Origin: Chloropicon primus
Lineage: Eukaryota
Direction of reading: 5' to 3'
Assembly (NCBI GenBank): GCA_023205875.1
Contig: CP060756.1
Span: 1 to 64,000 of the forward strand
DNA: 64,000 bases
Positions 8,207 through 17,909 of the stretch are shown here, piece after piece. How positions within the stretch are numbered: the stretch's first letter is position 1; each line of letters opens with the position of its first letter. The notes beneath the pieces were generated by a model, which was not told the DNA's origin, made no database searches, and was given only the letters and a program-made list of their open reading frames with translations. The position numbers and the translations under genes were made by a program.

Positions 8207-10318
8207 CTAGTAGATCCTGGCACCGGAAACGACGCTCTTGAAGGCTTGCATCCACTCCTCCCTGCTCCTTCCGTTGCCGCCCGGGGGGATTTCCAGCCTG
8301 TAGCAGTCGCCGTCCTTCATGTCGATGAGGAACTGGCTCCTCGCTCGGTTGTTCTCCTTCTTCTTCTTCTTCTTCTTCTCCTCGAGCTCCTGGGACTCGG
8401 GACTGGGGTTCATGTAGATCACGCTCCTGACGTGCTGCACGTCGTCCAGGGCAAGGGTCTTGCTCGGCTTGTAGTGCTTGGACTGGCCCATGTTGATCTG
8501 CCTCTCCGAGGAGGAGTGCCAGATGTGGTACAGCGTGGCCTTCCTCTTGCTCTCCGCGTTCTTGAAGAAGAACTTGGCGCCCTCGCTGAGGGCCCTGAGG
8601 TCCTGGTTCACCCGCCGCCTCTTCTCCATCTCCAGCTCTTGCCTCATCAGGTCCAGCTTGACGTTCCGCTCGGCCAGGAGCTCCTCCAGGTCCTTCTTCT
8701 CCCTGTCGAACTCCTTCTTGATGCTGATCAGCTGGTTGGTGCTGCGGTACATGAGGTGCTTGTGGTTCTCCGAGTAGGTCGGCTGGGCCGAGTCCTCCTT
8801 GAGGTGCAGGAACGTGAAAAGGGGCCGGAAGACCCACCTCATGCTCTTCAACAGGATCGAGTTTATGGTCTGCACGTCCTTCTTCGCCTGGTTCAGGGGC
8901 TGCCAGGACTGGATCCTGTGGAGATTGCTCTGGAAGCCCCCGGTGGAGCTCGACGAGAGGGTGCTGACCGTGAGGCGGACGACGCTCATCGACTTCTTGT
9001 CCCCGTTGAAGGGCGCCACGCAAGACCTCGCCTTCTCGTTGTAGTTCACCGAGATCTTCGCGGCGTTCTTCACCTCGTCGCCCAGGACGGGGTTCTGGCC
9101 GCCCTGGATGCTCACCAGGACGCTGGCCTCCGCGACGCACTCCGGCTCCGCGGCCTCCGCTTCGTACTCCATCAAGGAGATGGTCACCAGCTCCTCGCAC
9201 TTGATCGGGTAGTCGTGGAGGGAGAAGTCGAGGAGGCAAGTCCACTGGCCTGTGTTGGTGTCGTCGTACACGTAAGTCCTCTTGTACCTGCTCCCGAACT
9301 TGACCTTGCAGTACCTCCTGACGTGGTTGTCGCTGGTTCGCTGCGGCACCTGGCTCCCCCCCGCCCCAGCGGTGGAGCCCCCTGCCGCGGTTCCCCCCTT
9401 CTTGCCCGCCTTCTTGGCCTCCTTCTCCTTGTCTTCCTTGGTCTTCGGCTTGGGCTTCCTCGGCTTGGCCTTCCCCAGGAGAGGCTTGTGGACGATGATC
9501 CGGATGATCCTCTTCTCCTGCAAGACCTTCATCCTGTTATACACGTCGAACATGCTGGCGACGACCCTCTCGTGCACCATCGACAGCTCGATCACGTTCT
9601 CCAGAGAGGTGTTGAGCCAGTCGGACACCAGGGTGATGTCCGAGATGGGAAGGCCGAGGGGAAGGAGCTTGAGGTCCAAGGTCGGCTTCTCCTCGAACCA
9701 AACCTCGAAGTCCGCGAATCCAGGGGTCTCGTTGCACAAGTGGAACGCGAAACTGATGTTCGCCAGGAGGTACAGCTTGTTCGCCGTGACCTGGCACTTG
9801 ACGGTCGGAACGTTGGGCAGCACCCTCAGCAGGACGTCAATCAGACAATGCAAGTCCGTGGAACTCAACTCCAGGGTGAAGCTGATCTTCAGGCACCTCT
9901 CCGGGAACAAGAGCTGCAGCGCGATGTTACTCAGCTTGGGCGGGCTCGTGCCCCACGTCAGCTCCTTTATCTGGCACCACTCTATGACGCTGTTGGGCTC
10001 AATCTTTTTGTTCTCCTCGATGGACCCCTCCAGCACGCCCTGCAGGATCAGGAGACCCTCCGCGGCGAGGTAAGGCTCCAGAAAGAAGTTCCACGTGTGC
10101 CGGATCAGGGCGTTGATCCCGTTCGAGGGCAGCACGTCGCAAGTCGAGAAGTTGTTCGCGTTGGGAATGAAGGCCTCCTCCCTCTTTTTTCTCCTCAACC
10201 GGCTTTTCGTCCAGTTCAGAATGTAAAGCGCCAGCCACCGCACAGAGCACTGCAGCCCAATCCAACCGATGACCACCACCAGCAAAGAGTGCAGGAGCAC
10301 GTCCGGAACGTTCATCAT
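8207..10318 (-). CDS. Membrane-anchored SMP (synaptotagmin-like) protein with C2-like, coiled-coil and PH-like regions
   Basis: N-terminal TM; INALIRHTW...IKELTWGTSPP...FEEKPTLDLKL resembles SMP; YCKVKFG is C2-like; C-terminal SREEWMQAF is PH-like. Confidence 0.6.
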   Translation of the reverse strand: MMNVPDVLLHSLLVVVIGWIGLQCSVRWLALYILNWTKSRLRRKKREEAFIPNANNFSTCDVLPSNGINALIRHTWNFFLEPYLAAEGLLILQGVLEGSIEENKKIEPNSVIEWCQIKELTWGTSPPKLSNIALQLLFPERCLKISFTLELSSTDLHCLIDVLLRVLPNVPTVKCQVTANKLYLLANISFAFHLCNETPGFADFEVWFEEKPTLDLKLLPLGLPISDITLVSDWLNTSLENVIELSMVHERVVASMFDVYNRMKVLQEKRIIRIIVHKPLLGKAKPRKPKPKTKEDKEKEAKKAGKKGGTAAGGSTAGAGGSQVPQRTSDNHVRRYCKVKFGSRYKRTYVYDDTNTGQWTCLLDFSLHDYPIKCEELVTISLMEYEAEAAEPECVAEASVLVSIQGGQNPVLGDEVKNAAKISVNYNEKARSCVAPFNGDKKSMSVVRLTVSTLSSSSTGGFQSNLHRIQSWQPLNQAKKDVQTINSILLKSMRWVFRPLFTFLHLKEDSAQPTYSENHKHLMYRSTNQLISIKKEFDREKKDLEELLAERNVKLDLMRQELEMEKRRRVNQDLRALSEGAKFFFKNAESKRKATLYHIWHSSSERQINMGQSKHYKPSKTLALDDVQHVRSVIYMNPSPESQELEEKKKKKKKENNRARSQFLIDMKDGDCYRLEIPPGGNGRSREEWMQAFKSVVSGARIY

Positions 10319-10706
10319 CTCGCCGTCTGTCGTGTTTTGTTGTCGTGGTGTGTGTTGTCCCTTTCACTGGTGGTTCTATCTCAGGGTTCCGTGTTCATAC
10401 TCGCTCGTTCCCTCCTTCCTCCCTGTAAGGGAAGGGCCTTGCTTCTCTTGTTTGTTCTCTTGATTGTCCTCTTGGTTTTCCTCGAGTCATACGCGTATTG
10501 CTCGTGTTCCTTGTCTCCAGGCCGGAGCCTAGGTCTAGTCCTCGTCGGTGGGTTGTCTCCTTGGCCTTGGCCTTGGCCTTGGCTCCTGGACGATGCGAAA
10601 CCTTTTCCGTGGGATGAGAGGACCCCAGGAGAAGGACAACTGCAGGGCGGCGAGGAGAGAGAGGGAGAGGGAGAGGGTTTGGACAACACAGGTGACCGCC
10701 AGGACG

Positions 10707-12383
10707 ATGGAGGGGGGGAAACAAGGGGTCAGGATGCTCTGCGTATTCAGGATGAGGTACATCGACTTTAGGCGCGCGGAAGTCGAGGCACTCGTCAAGT
10801 TGGCCACGGGAATGAACGTGGTGCAACCCAAGGACAAGGTCAAGGAGGAGGACAAGGAGGAGGAGGAGGGAGGGGAATGCTTTGCTTGGGAGTTCCCGCA
10901 GGGGGGGACCGAGTCGATGGATGCGCCGTTCTGGTACCTGAGGGCGCCGACGCGCGCAGCAGCGGAGGCTCTGGCGAGGGTGGTGGGGGAGAGGGGGGTG
11001 CTGGTCAAGGCGCTGGTGGATCTCTGGGGCGAGGGGGCCTCCTTCGGCGAACTGTTGGAGAGCCTCAAGGAGGACAACGCCCTCAAGGCCGGGGTCGAGG
11101 ATCGCAAGTCGAGGATCGGGTGCTTCTCTCGGAGGGAGGCGACCTTCAAGTTCAACTGCGAGGGCTTCGGCCGGAAAATTGGGCAGACGGAGCAGCTCAA
11201 GCTCATCGACGGCCTGGCGGATGTTCTGGGCCACGTCGGAAAGGTGGACTTGAAGAACCCTGAGTGCGAGTTCTACGTCGGCAACGCCTGCTGCGCGATA
11301 GAGAACAACCTGCCGTACATGCCGGACTGGTGGTACTTTGGGGAGTACCTCTGCAAGACCACGACCTTTTACGAGGAGTACAAGCTGTCGGACCGGCTTT
11401 ACTTGGGCCCCACGAGCATGGACCACGAGGTCGCGGCGATCATGGCGAACATGGCGCAGGTCGAGCGGGGCTCCGTGGCCTTCGACCCTTACGTGGGGAC
11501 CGGGAGCATCTTGATCGCGTGCTCGCACGTGGGAGCGATGACGGTGGGGGGGGATATCGACATCAGGGTGATCGTGTGGGGCAAGGACAAGGTGTTGGCC
11601 TGCGACGACGAGGAGGAGGAGGGGGGAGCGAACAAGAACAAGAACAAGAGGAAGGGCAAGGGCTGGGGAAACGACAACCAGCCGGCGTTCGCCCCGCACC
11701 AGAAGGGCGGGGGCAAGGACGCGGACAGCAAGGTGAAGAGGGTAGATGTTTGGTCGAACTTTGACAGCTACGGGCTTGAGAGGCCCTTGGCCCTCGTGAG
11801 GTGCGACGCCCACGCCCTTCCCTTCCGGACGGACTGCGTCGAGGTCTTCGACGCCGTGGTGTGCGACCCCCCGTACGGGATCCGGGCCGGGGGCAGGAAG
11901 AGCGGGGGGAGGAAGGGCCTGCACCTGAGGGAGGTGCCGGAGCAGTTCAAGGACGAACACATCCCGAGCACCGCCGTTTACCCCATGAGCGAGTGCCTGG
12001 CGGACCTGCTCGACCTGAGCGCCAAGCTCCTCAGGCTGGGGGGCAGGCTGGTCTACTTCTTCCCCTCGTCCAACGGCATCGTCTTCGAGAACTTTCTCCC
12101 CGCCCACCCCTGCTTGCGCGTGGAGCACTGCAGCGAGCAGGGGCTGACCCACCTGTGGGGCCGGAAGCTGGTGACCATGGTGAAGCACAAGTCTTGGGAC
12201 GAGGCGGAGGCCAGGGAGTACAAGGCGAACCTCCTTCGCGCGGGGAGCGATTTCCTCAAGCTCGACAACCTCCAGGAGGCGGTGTTCCGCCTCCTGGACG
12301 AGGGCGACGCCGAGGAGAAGGCCCGGTTGCAGACCTTGCAGGAGAAGCACGCCAAGCGGAGCTACAAGGGCAAGAAAGTGTAG
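10707..12383 (+). CDS. TRM11: tRNA (guanine-10, N2)-methyltransferase Trm11
   Basis: RLYLGPTSMD, AFDPYVGTGSIL, GGDIDIR, FDAVVCDPPYGIRAG, GGRLVYF; start codon uncertain. Confidence 0.92.
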   Translation: MEGGKQGVRMLCVFRMRYIDFRRAEVEALVKLATGMNVVQPKDKVKEEDKEEEEGGECFAWEFPQGGTESMDAPFWYLRAPTRAAAEALARVVGERGVLVKALVDLWGEGASFGELLESLKEDNALKAGVEDRKSRIGCFSRREATFKFNCEGFGRKIGQTEQLKLIDGLADVLGHVGKVDLKNPECEFYVGNACCAIENNLPYMPDWWYFGEYLCKTTTFYEEYKLSDRLYLGPTSMDHEVAAIMANMAQVERGSVAFDPYVGTGSILIACSHVGAMTVGGDIDIRVIVWGKDKVLACDDEEEEGGANKNKNKRKGKGWGNDNQPAFAPHQKGGGKDADSKVKRVDVWSNFDSYGLERPLALVRCDAHALPFRTDCVEVFDAVVCDPPYGIRAGGRKSGGRKGLHLREVPEQFKDEHIPSTAVYPMSECLADLLDLSAKLLRLGGRLVYFFPSSNGIVFENFLPAHPCLRVEHCSEQGLTHLWGRKLVTMVKHKSWDEAEAREYKANLLRAGSDFLKLDNLQEAVFRLLDEGDAEEKARLQTLQEKHAKRSYKGKKV

Positions 12384-12938
12384 GTGTTTCCCCAAGACAA
12401 GACAAGACGATTGTGTGGACCCCATGTCCCTTTGTTCTTGTGTTCTCGGTTGTTATGTTAAGTTATGTTGTGGTTGTCATTGTCCTGTGATAAGATACTA
12501 TAAGTTCTAAGTTATGTTCGTCCGGATGTTGGTGGGACCCCCCTCTTGTCCATGGGGTGACGTCTTTCACAGAAAAGTGAAGGGTGTTCTCCTGGCGGCG
12601 CGTGGTGGGATGTCCCCAATAGATTTCCCCTGTAAAAAGAAAACAGGCGCGAATCGAGAAGCCAAAAGACGACGAGACACAGAGAGCGCGCGCAGGGATC
12701 TCACTCCTCGAGAACAACAACACAGGAAAGAGGAAACAGGAAAGAGGAAACAGGAGACAGGAGACAGGAGACAGGGGGAACATAACCACCGCACGACGTA
12801 CTCCCGGGGGCTGGAGATACACATACACATACACACAACAGAAGCGGACGATACACCTCCTCTGGACTGGACATAGACATTCACCAATACCAACACCAAC
12901 AAAAGCAATACCAGGAGCAACTTCACAACAGCAACAAC

Positions 12939-15452
12939 ATGTTGGACAAAGCGAGCTTGATGAGCTTGAGGCCGGGAGGGTTGGACCTCGGGGGGCTGAA
13001 GCTGGCGCCCTCCATCGGAGGGCCCGGGCAGGCCAAGGGAGCCAAGCAGGACGGCGGCATCTCTTCCCCCTTCGCGGGACTCGCCCTGGGGGCCAAGGGC
13101 AACGTGAAGAGTTCCAAGGGGGACAAGGGGGCCGGAAAGGGCGGAAAGGGGAAGAAGAAGAAGCTGGACTTCGACCTCGTGGGCTCGGACGGACTGACCT
13201 CCCACCCCCTGGGCTTCGGCGACGGGGGAGGAAAGTCGGGGAGGAAGGGAGGAAGGGGGGGAGGCTTCGGAGGAAGCTTGGCCCCCGTGGCGCTCGAGGA
13301 CCAGGAGGGGAGAATGGTGGGTGGCAAGGTCTTCGGGATGGCCCGCGACGGCCCTCTGGTGACGTACGACAGGGAGGAGCTCCTCAAGTACGCCGAGCAC
13401 TTCACAACTCTGCCCGCGGACTTGGAGGGCACGACTTTCGAGGTCGTCCTGCAGCCCGGAGACACGGAGGCGAGGGAAGCCCAGATAGCCGCGCTGCACT
13501 CGAAGAAGTCAGGGTACGAGGACGGGTCCTCTGGAGCTGGAATGGGTGAGAAGACGGGCGACCAGTGGAGGCAGAGCCAGCCTTCCGGCGCCGCGGGCGC
13601 CGCGGGCGGAGCGAGCGACCAGGGTGGCTCCAACTGGAGCAAGGGCAAGATGAGCAAGGGCGACAGAAAGGGTGCGGACGTGAAGTCTGTCCCCAGCAGC
13701 AAGGCTCCTTCCGGCGGCAGCAGAAAGAGCCAGGGAGCTAGCGAAGGCGCGGCCGGTGCTCAGGGAGGCGCCAAGTCTTCGAAGATCGTCAAGGCGAGCG
13801 ACGTCGGTCTCACGGCTTGGGCGCCCGCGAGGGCCCAGTCGGACTCGGAGCGCGTCCTGAGGCAGGTCAGGGGAATCCTGAACAAGCTGACCCCTGACAA
13901 CTTTGAGAGGCTGTTCTCCCAGCTGGTGGAGAGCATCACCACGGCAGAGATCCTTTCCGGATCCATCTCGATGTTGTTCGAGAAGGCCGTGGCGGAGCCC
14001 ATGTTCTGCTCCCTGAACGCGGAGCTCTGCCTGAGGCTCAGCAAGGAGCTCCCAGAGTTCCCGCCAAGCGGCGGCGACAGCAAGCCGATGACCTTCAGGA
14101 GGGTGCTGCTGAACACCTGCCAGGAGGAGTTCGAGGGATCCCTGATGGGCTTGAGCCAGGAAGCGAACGACGAGAAGGACGACGCGGACTCCAAGGCCAA
14201 GAGGAGGATGCTCGGTAACGTGAAGCTCATCGGACACCTTTTCACAAGGAGGGTGATCAACCAAAAGATCGTCTTGGTGTGCGTGCAGCAGCTTCTCAGT
14301 GGGAACATCCCAGGCCAAGGGGACACTGGGGTGCATGAGAACTGCATCGAGTGCGCCTGCGAGATCTTGTCTCTCACCGCAAAGTCGTTGGGCGAGACTC
14401 CAAAGGCGGTGCCACTGGTGGAGAGCTACTTCGCCAAGCTCGACGACTTGGCGAACTCCTCCTCCCTGTCCAGCAGGGTGAGGTTCGTCATCAAGGACGT
14501 CCAGGAGTTGAAGAGAGCCAAGTTTGTGCCGAGGAAGGAGGGTGGCAACCCCAAGACTATTAGCGAGATTCACGCAGAGGCCCAGGCTGAGCTTGGAATC
14601 GCCGTGATGCCGGACTCCCTCGCAAAGTCCTTTGCGCCTTTGTCCGGTATGATCACGAAAGAGGACGAGGTTCAGGAGCTCCTCCCTGCGCTCAGAGGCG
14701 GAGACGAGGGCTGGGATATCTCTGGAAAGAGCGAGAGCAACATCATCGATGGGTCCAAGTACAGCGCGTTTATCGGTGAAGCCCCTCCGCTCCCAACCAG
14801 GACGAAGGAAGAGGACACTAAGAAGGAGGAGGAGTCTACTTCGTCCTCCAAGGCTCCCCCAAGCACGCCAGAGGAGCTCGAGAAGAGGACGAAATCTACG
14901 CTCAACGAATACATGATTAGTGCGGACATAGGCGAGGCGATGCTTTGCATCAAGGAGCTCAACTGCGACGAGGGACAGAGCGCCAAGGTTGTCGAGCTGG
15001 TCATCGCTCAGCTGCTGGACAACGTCAAGTCCACGGAGAAGGACCTCCTTTTGCAGCTTTTGGTTGCTCTCAGAACGAGGAGCGCGGTGTCTGCCGAGGC
15101 GCTCATCGCTGGACTGAAGGCTCACACCGCCAACTTGGAGGACTTGGCGATCGATGTGCCCCTGGCGCCGCAGCTTATCGGAGAGGCCATCGCTGCTTGC
15201 ATTGTCGAAGGAGCCGCAGATCTAGGGCTTCTGAAGACTATTCTTGAGGGGTGCGAGGGTTGTGAGGTGAAGAGGAAGTTCGTCCTCGTGATTCTCTTGA
15301 AAATGAGACAGAAGGGAATCGACCTCAAGGAGAAGCTTGGGGAGTTTGAGATCAACTTGTCTGAGGTTCTCAAGGCGGACGAGCTGGACCCACCAGACCT
15401 CCCTAGCGTGAAGGACTTCCTGTCGAGCAAGGGCCTGTCGTCCCTGGCTTGA
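12939..15452 (+). CDS. Translation initiation factor eIF(iso)4G/eIF4G (MIF4G + MA3)
   Basis: eIF4E-binding motif YDREELL; VRGILNKLTPDNF, FRRVLLNTCQEEFE, KRRMLGNVKLIGHL; MA3 region EAMLCIKEL, DLAIDVPLAP. Confidence 0.92.
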   Translation: MLDKASLMSLRPGGLDLGGLKLAPSIGGPGQAKGAKQDGGISSPFAGLALGAKGNVKSSKGDKGAGKGGKGKKKKLDFDLVGSDGLTSHPLGFGDGGGKSGRKGGRGGGFGGSLAPVALEDQEGRMVGGKVFGMARDGPLVTYDREELLKYAEHFTTLPADLEGTTFEVVLQPGDTEAREAQIAALHSKKSGYEDGSSGAGMGEKTGDQWRQSQPSGAAGAAGGASDQGGSNWSKGKMSKGDRKGADVKSVPSSKAPSGGSRKSQGASEGAAGAQGGAKSSKIVKASDVGLTAWAPARAQSDSERVLRQVRGILNKLTPDNFERLFSQLVESITTAEILSGSISMLFEKAVAEPMFCSLNAELCLRLSKELPEFPPSGGDSKPMTFRRVLLNTCQEEFEGSLMGLSQEANDEKDDADSKAKRRMLGNVKLIGHLFTRRVINQKIVLVCVQQLLSGNIPGQGDTGVHENCIECACEILSLTAKSLGETPKAVPLVESYFAKLDDLANSSSLSSRVRFVIKDVQELKRAKFVPRKEGGNPKTISEIHAEAQAELGIAVMPDSLAKSFAPLSGMITKEDEVQELLPALRGGDEGWDISGKSESNIIDGSKYSAFIGEAPPLPTRTKEEDTKKEEESTSSSKAPPSTPEELEKRTKSTLNEYMISADIGEAMLCIKELNCDEGQSAKVVELVIAQLLDNVKSTEKDLLLQLLVALRTRSAVSAEALIAGLKAHTANLEDLAIDVPLAPQLIGEAIAACIVEGAADLGLLKTILEGCEGCEVKRKFVLVILLKMRQKGIDLKEKLGEFEINLSEVLKADELDPPDLPSVKDFLSSKGLSSLA

Positions 15453-15494
15453 ACAAAAAAATTAGTAATATGTTGTCTATGTTTGACCATCCAT

Positions 15495-17519
15495 TTAAAA
15501 CTGCAGAACGTTACTGCTCGCTGTCTCGTAGTTCGCGACCGGCTGGAAGTCTTCCCCCCCAACGTTTCCCCTCGACAGGGAATCCAGCTTCATGTTCAGA
15601 ATTTTCAGCAGCCCCTGCATTGCTGAGGCTTGGTCCACGCTCGCTCCGTGGTTCTCCTTCAGGCTTCCCGCCTTTGCGCTGTACTCCCTCAGAAGTCCCG
15701 CTTGCTGCTGGAGCTTGTCCTCGTACTTTCTCAGAACACGGTCAGCGACCGTGGGGTTGGTAGCCCTCCGTTGGTTCGTCGCGAGGAGGCTCGAGGAGCA
15801 GTTGAGAAGATGGTACAAGGTCTCGTTCTGCCCCACAGACGTCCTCAGTTGCCTCTCCTCGCTCGCAAGCTTTCCTATTCTCGCCTCGAAGTTGTTCAGG
15901 TTGGCCTGATTCTCCTTCTTCCTCGATGCGTAGACCTCCTCAACCTCCTTGTACTTAGCTCTCAGCGTCCTGAGCTCCTTGATTTGCGGCGCGAGCTTTG
16001 CCTTCCTCTCCTTGATGGAACTGTTGATGTCTTGCACTAACCCGCTGATTTTCTCGAGCTGGGCGCTCTTCATCTCGTCCACCTCCGTCTTTGCGACAGA
16101 CACCTCCCCAATCCGCTTCGCGGTCTTGCTCAACTCGCTCCCCGGGTCCCTCCCAGTGCTGCCCTCCATCTGCTGCAAGATTCCTTGGGTTCGCTCCAGA
16201 ACCAGCTGCTCCGCATTCAGCTCGGTGAAGCTGGATTTCAGGCTCTGGTACTTCTTTGTCAGCGCCTTCACCTCACCCTTCACCTGGTTCATCTCCTCCT
16301 CGGAGCAGCTGTCCTGCTGCTGTTGGATCTCGGCCAGGCTCAGCTGCTCCTCGTACTCGAGGCCAAGCCTCTCCTTCTTGCGCATGAGATCGTCCACGGT
16401 CTTCTCCAGGTCCTGCTTCTTCCGGGAGATCATGTTGGCCATCTGCCTCTGCTGCACCAGCTGGAGGTCGCCGGCAGACTTGCTCATCGAATCTGCTTGC
16501 CTCGCTTGGAGCGCCTCGATCTCCTGCTTCTTGTCCTGGTTGCTTCTCTGGAGCTCGCTCAGCCTGGCCTCCGTCCAGCCCTGCCCCTTGTTCGCCTCCT
16601 GCAGGACGTACTGGAGTACGGAGAGGTGCTTGTGCTTCTGCTCGGTCTCCCTTGGGAGCCGGTCGTTCACTGCTTCCCTGTTGTGCTTCGTCTCCTCCTG
16701 GAGCTGCGAAAGGAGGGACTCGGGGGAGGAGATCTCCGAGGAGCTCAGGGACTGCTTGATCTCCTGCAGTCGGGTCACTGCGGCGTTGTACTTCTCCTCC
16801 GCGACCTGGAACTGAAAGTGCTGCTGCTCCATGGCGGACTTGAGGTAGGTCTCCTCGTCCTGCTGCCTCCTCAGGGCGGAGCACACCTCCCGGAGCTCGT
16901 CCAGCCTCTCCCTGTGGACCTTGGACTTCACCTTGGTGGTCGTCTTGTCGATCTTCTTGTGCAAGAGCTCCTTCTCCTGCTCGAGCTTGGCGATGGCCTT
17001 CTTCACCGTGCTTGGATCCTGGCCGCTCTTCCTCTTCTCGCTGACCATCTTGTGCTTCTCCACGAACTCGCTCTGCAGCACCTTGATCTGCTGCCTGATC
17101 TCCAGGCAGTCGTAGTCGTTGAGGAGGTCCTCCGGGAGCTGGATGTCGCTCAGGTAGTACCCCACGAAGGCCCTCTCCCCCAAAGTCCCCCTCTGGCTCG
17201 GGTGGAGGATCCACTTGAACACGGGGTACACGACGTCCGTGTCCCCGTTCGCCAGCCCCTCCAAGAAAGTCTGGTGGTCGCACGAGGGCTGGTACTTGAC
17301 CGAGCGAAGGAACTGAGCGACTCGGTCCACCAGGGAGTTGAGGTTGTCATCTTGACCCCTCACCTGCTTGGCGAAGATGTCGCTGAGCTCCGAGAACGTC
17401 CTGACCAGCAGCCTTATCAGCTGCTCGCTCGTCTTCTCGCTGAAGGACACGAGGGACAAGTCGAAGTTCAGCAAGGACTTGAGGTTCTGCACGATAAACT
17501 GAATATCCATGGACGACAT
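15495..17519 (-). CDS. IFT81: Intraflagellar transport protein 81
   Basis: N-terminal CH-like domain (LSLVSFSEK, FLRSVKY, VVYPVFKWIL, ERAFVGYYL), long coiled coil, IKERKAKLAPQIKELRTLR; 674 aa. Confidence 0.88.
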   Translation of the reverse strand: MSSMDIQFIVQNLKSLLNFDLSLVSFSEKTSEQLIRLLVRTFSELSDIFAKQVRGQDDNLNSLVDRVAQFLRSVKYQPSCDHQTFLEGLANGDTDVVYPVFKWILHPSQRGTLGERAFVGYYLSDIQLPEDLLNDYDCLEIRQQIKVLQSEFVEKHKMVSEKRKSGQDPSTVKKAIAKLEQEKELLHKKIDKTTTKVKSKVHRERLDELREVCSALRRQQDEETYLKSAMEQQHFQFQVAEEKYNAAVTRLQEIKQSLSSSEISSPESLLSQLQEETKHNREAVNDRLPRETEQKHKHLSVLQYVLQEANKGQGWTEARLSELQRSNQDKKQEIEALQARQADSMSKSAGDLQLVQQRQMANMISRKKQDLEKTVDDLMRKKERLGLEYEEQLSLAEIQQQQDSCSEEEMNQVKGEVKALTKKYQSLKSSFTELNAEQLVLERTQGILQQMEGSTGRDPGSELSKTAKRIGEVSVAKTEVDEMKSAQLEKISGLVQDINSSIKERKAKLAPQIKELRTLRAKYKEVEEVYASRKKENQANLNNFEARIGKLASEERQLRTSVGQNETLYHLLNCSSSLLATNQRRATNPTVADRVLRKYEDKLQQQAGLLREYSAKAGSLKENHGASVDQASAMQGLLKILNMKLDSLSRGNVGGEDFQPVANYETASSNVLQF

Positions 17520-17654
17520 GATTGACTGTTTGGTTGGTGGGGTTGGCGGCGCTCTTGCGGTGTTGCTTCGCGTGTCCCCTCTGGGAGGAAAAGTATACGC
17601 GACTCAGGTTGTGAGGTGAGGAGGGTTTGAACGTGTTTTCTCCTCGGTCTCCCG

Positions 17655-17756
17655 GTCCGGAGTGAAGCCAAGACGCGGTCTTTGCCTTGGAGTCGTGCGC
17701 AGCGGAGTCGTGCGCGTGTCGTCCCCGTCCGGAGTCTAGCCAAGACGCGGTCTTTG
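17655..17756. repeat. 30-bp direct repeat with a palindromic core in the IFT81/patatin divergent intergenic region
   Basis: GTCCGGAGTnnAGCCAAGACGCGGTCTTTG at 17655-17684 and 17727-17756; GGAGTCGTGCGC twice between them. Confidence 0.8.
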
Positions 17757-17909
17757 GATTGTCTTGGTTTCCTCCTCCTGTCTTAGGATGTCCTCCTCGG
17801 GCCTGCTCGAGTTCGGGAGGGAAACTCTCTCTCTCTTCATTTGAATTTAATCTGAAATCCGGAGTAGAGACGCGCGAGGACGACGAGGACGAGGACGAGG
17901 ACGAGGACG

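Noticed and set aside
5077..10771. Long alternative-frame and antisense ORFs (736, 997, 951 aa) and the 1344-aa MSH2 extension
   Set aside because: Shadows of GC3-rich genes; the MSH2 extension runs through a promoter and another frame of the SMP gene.
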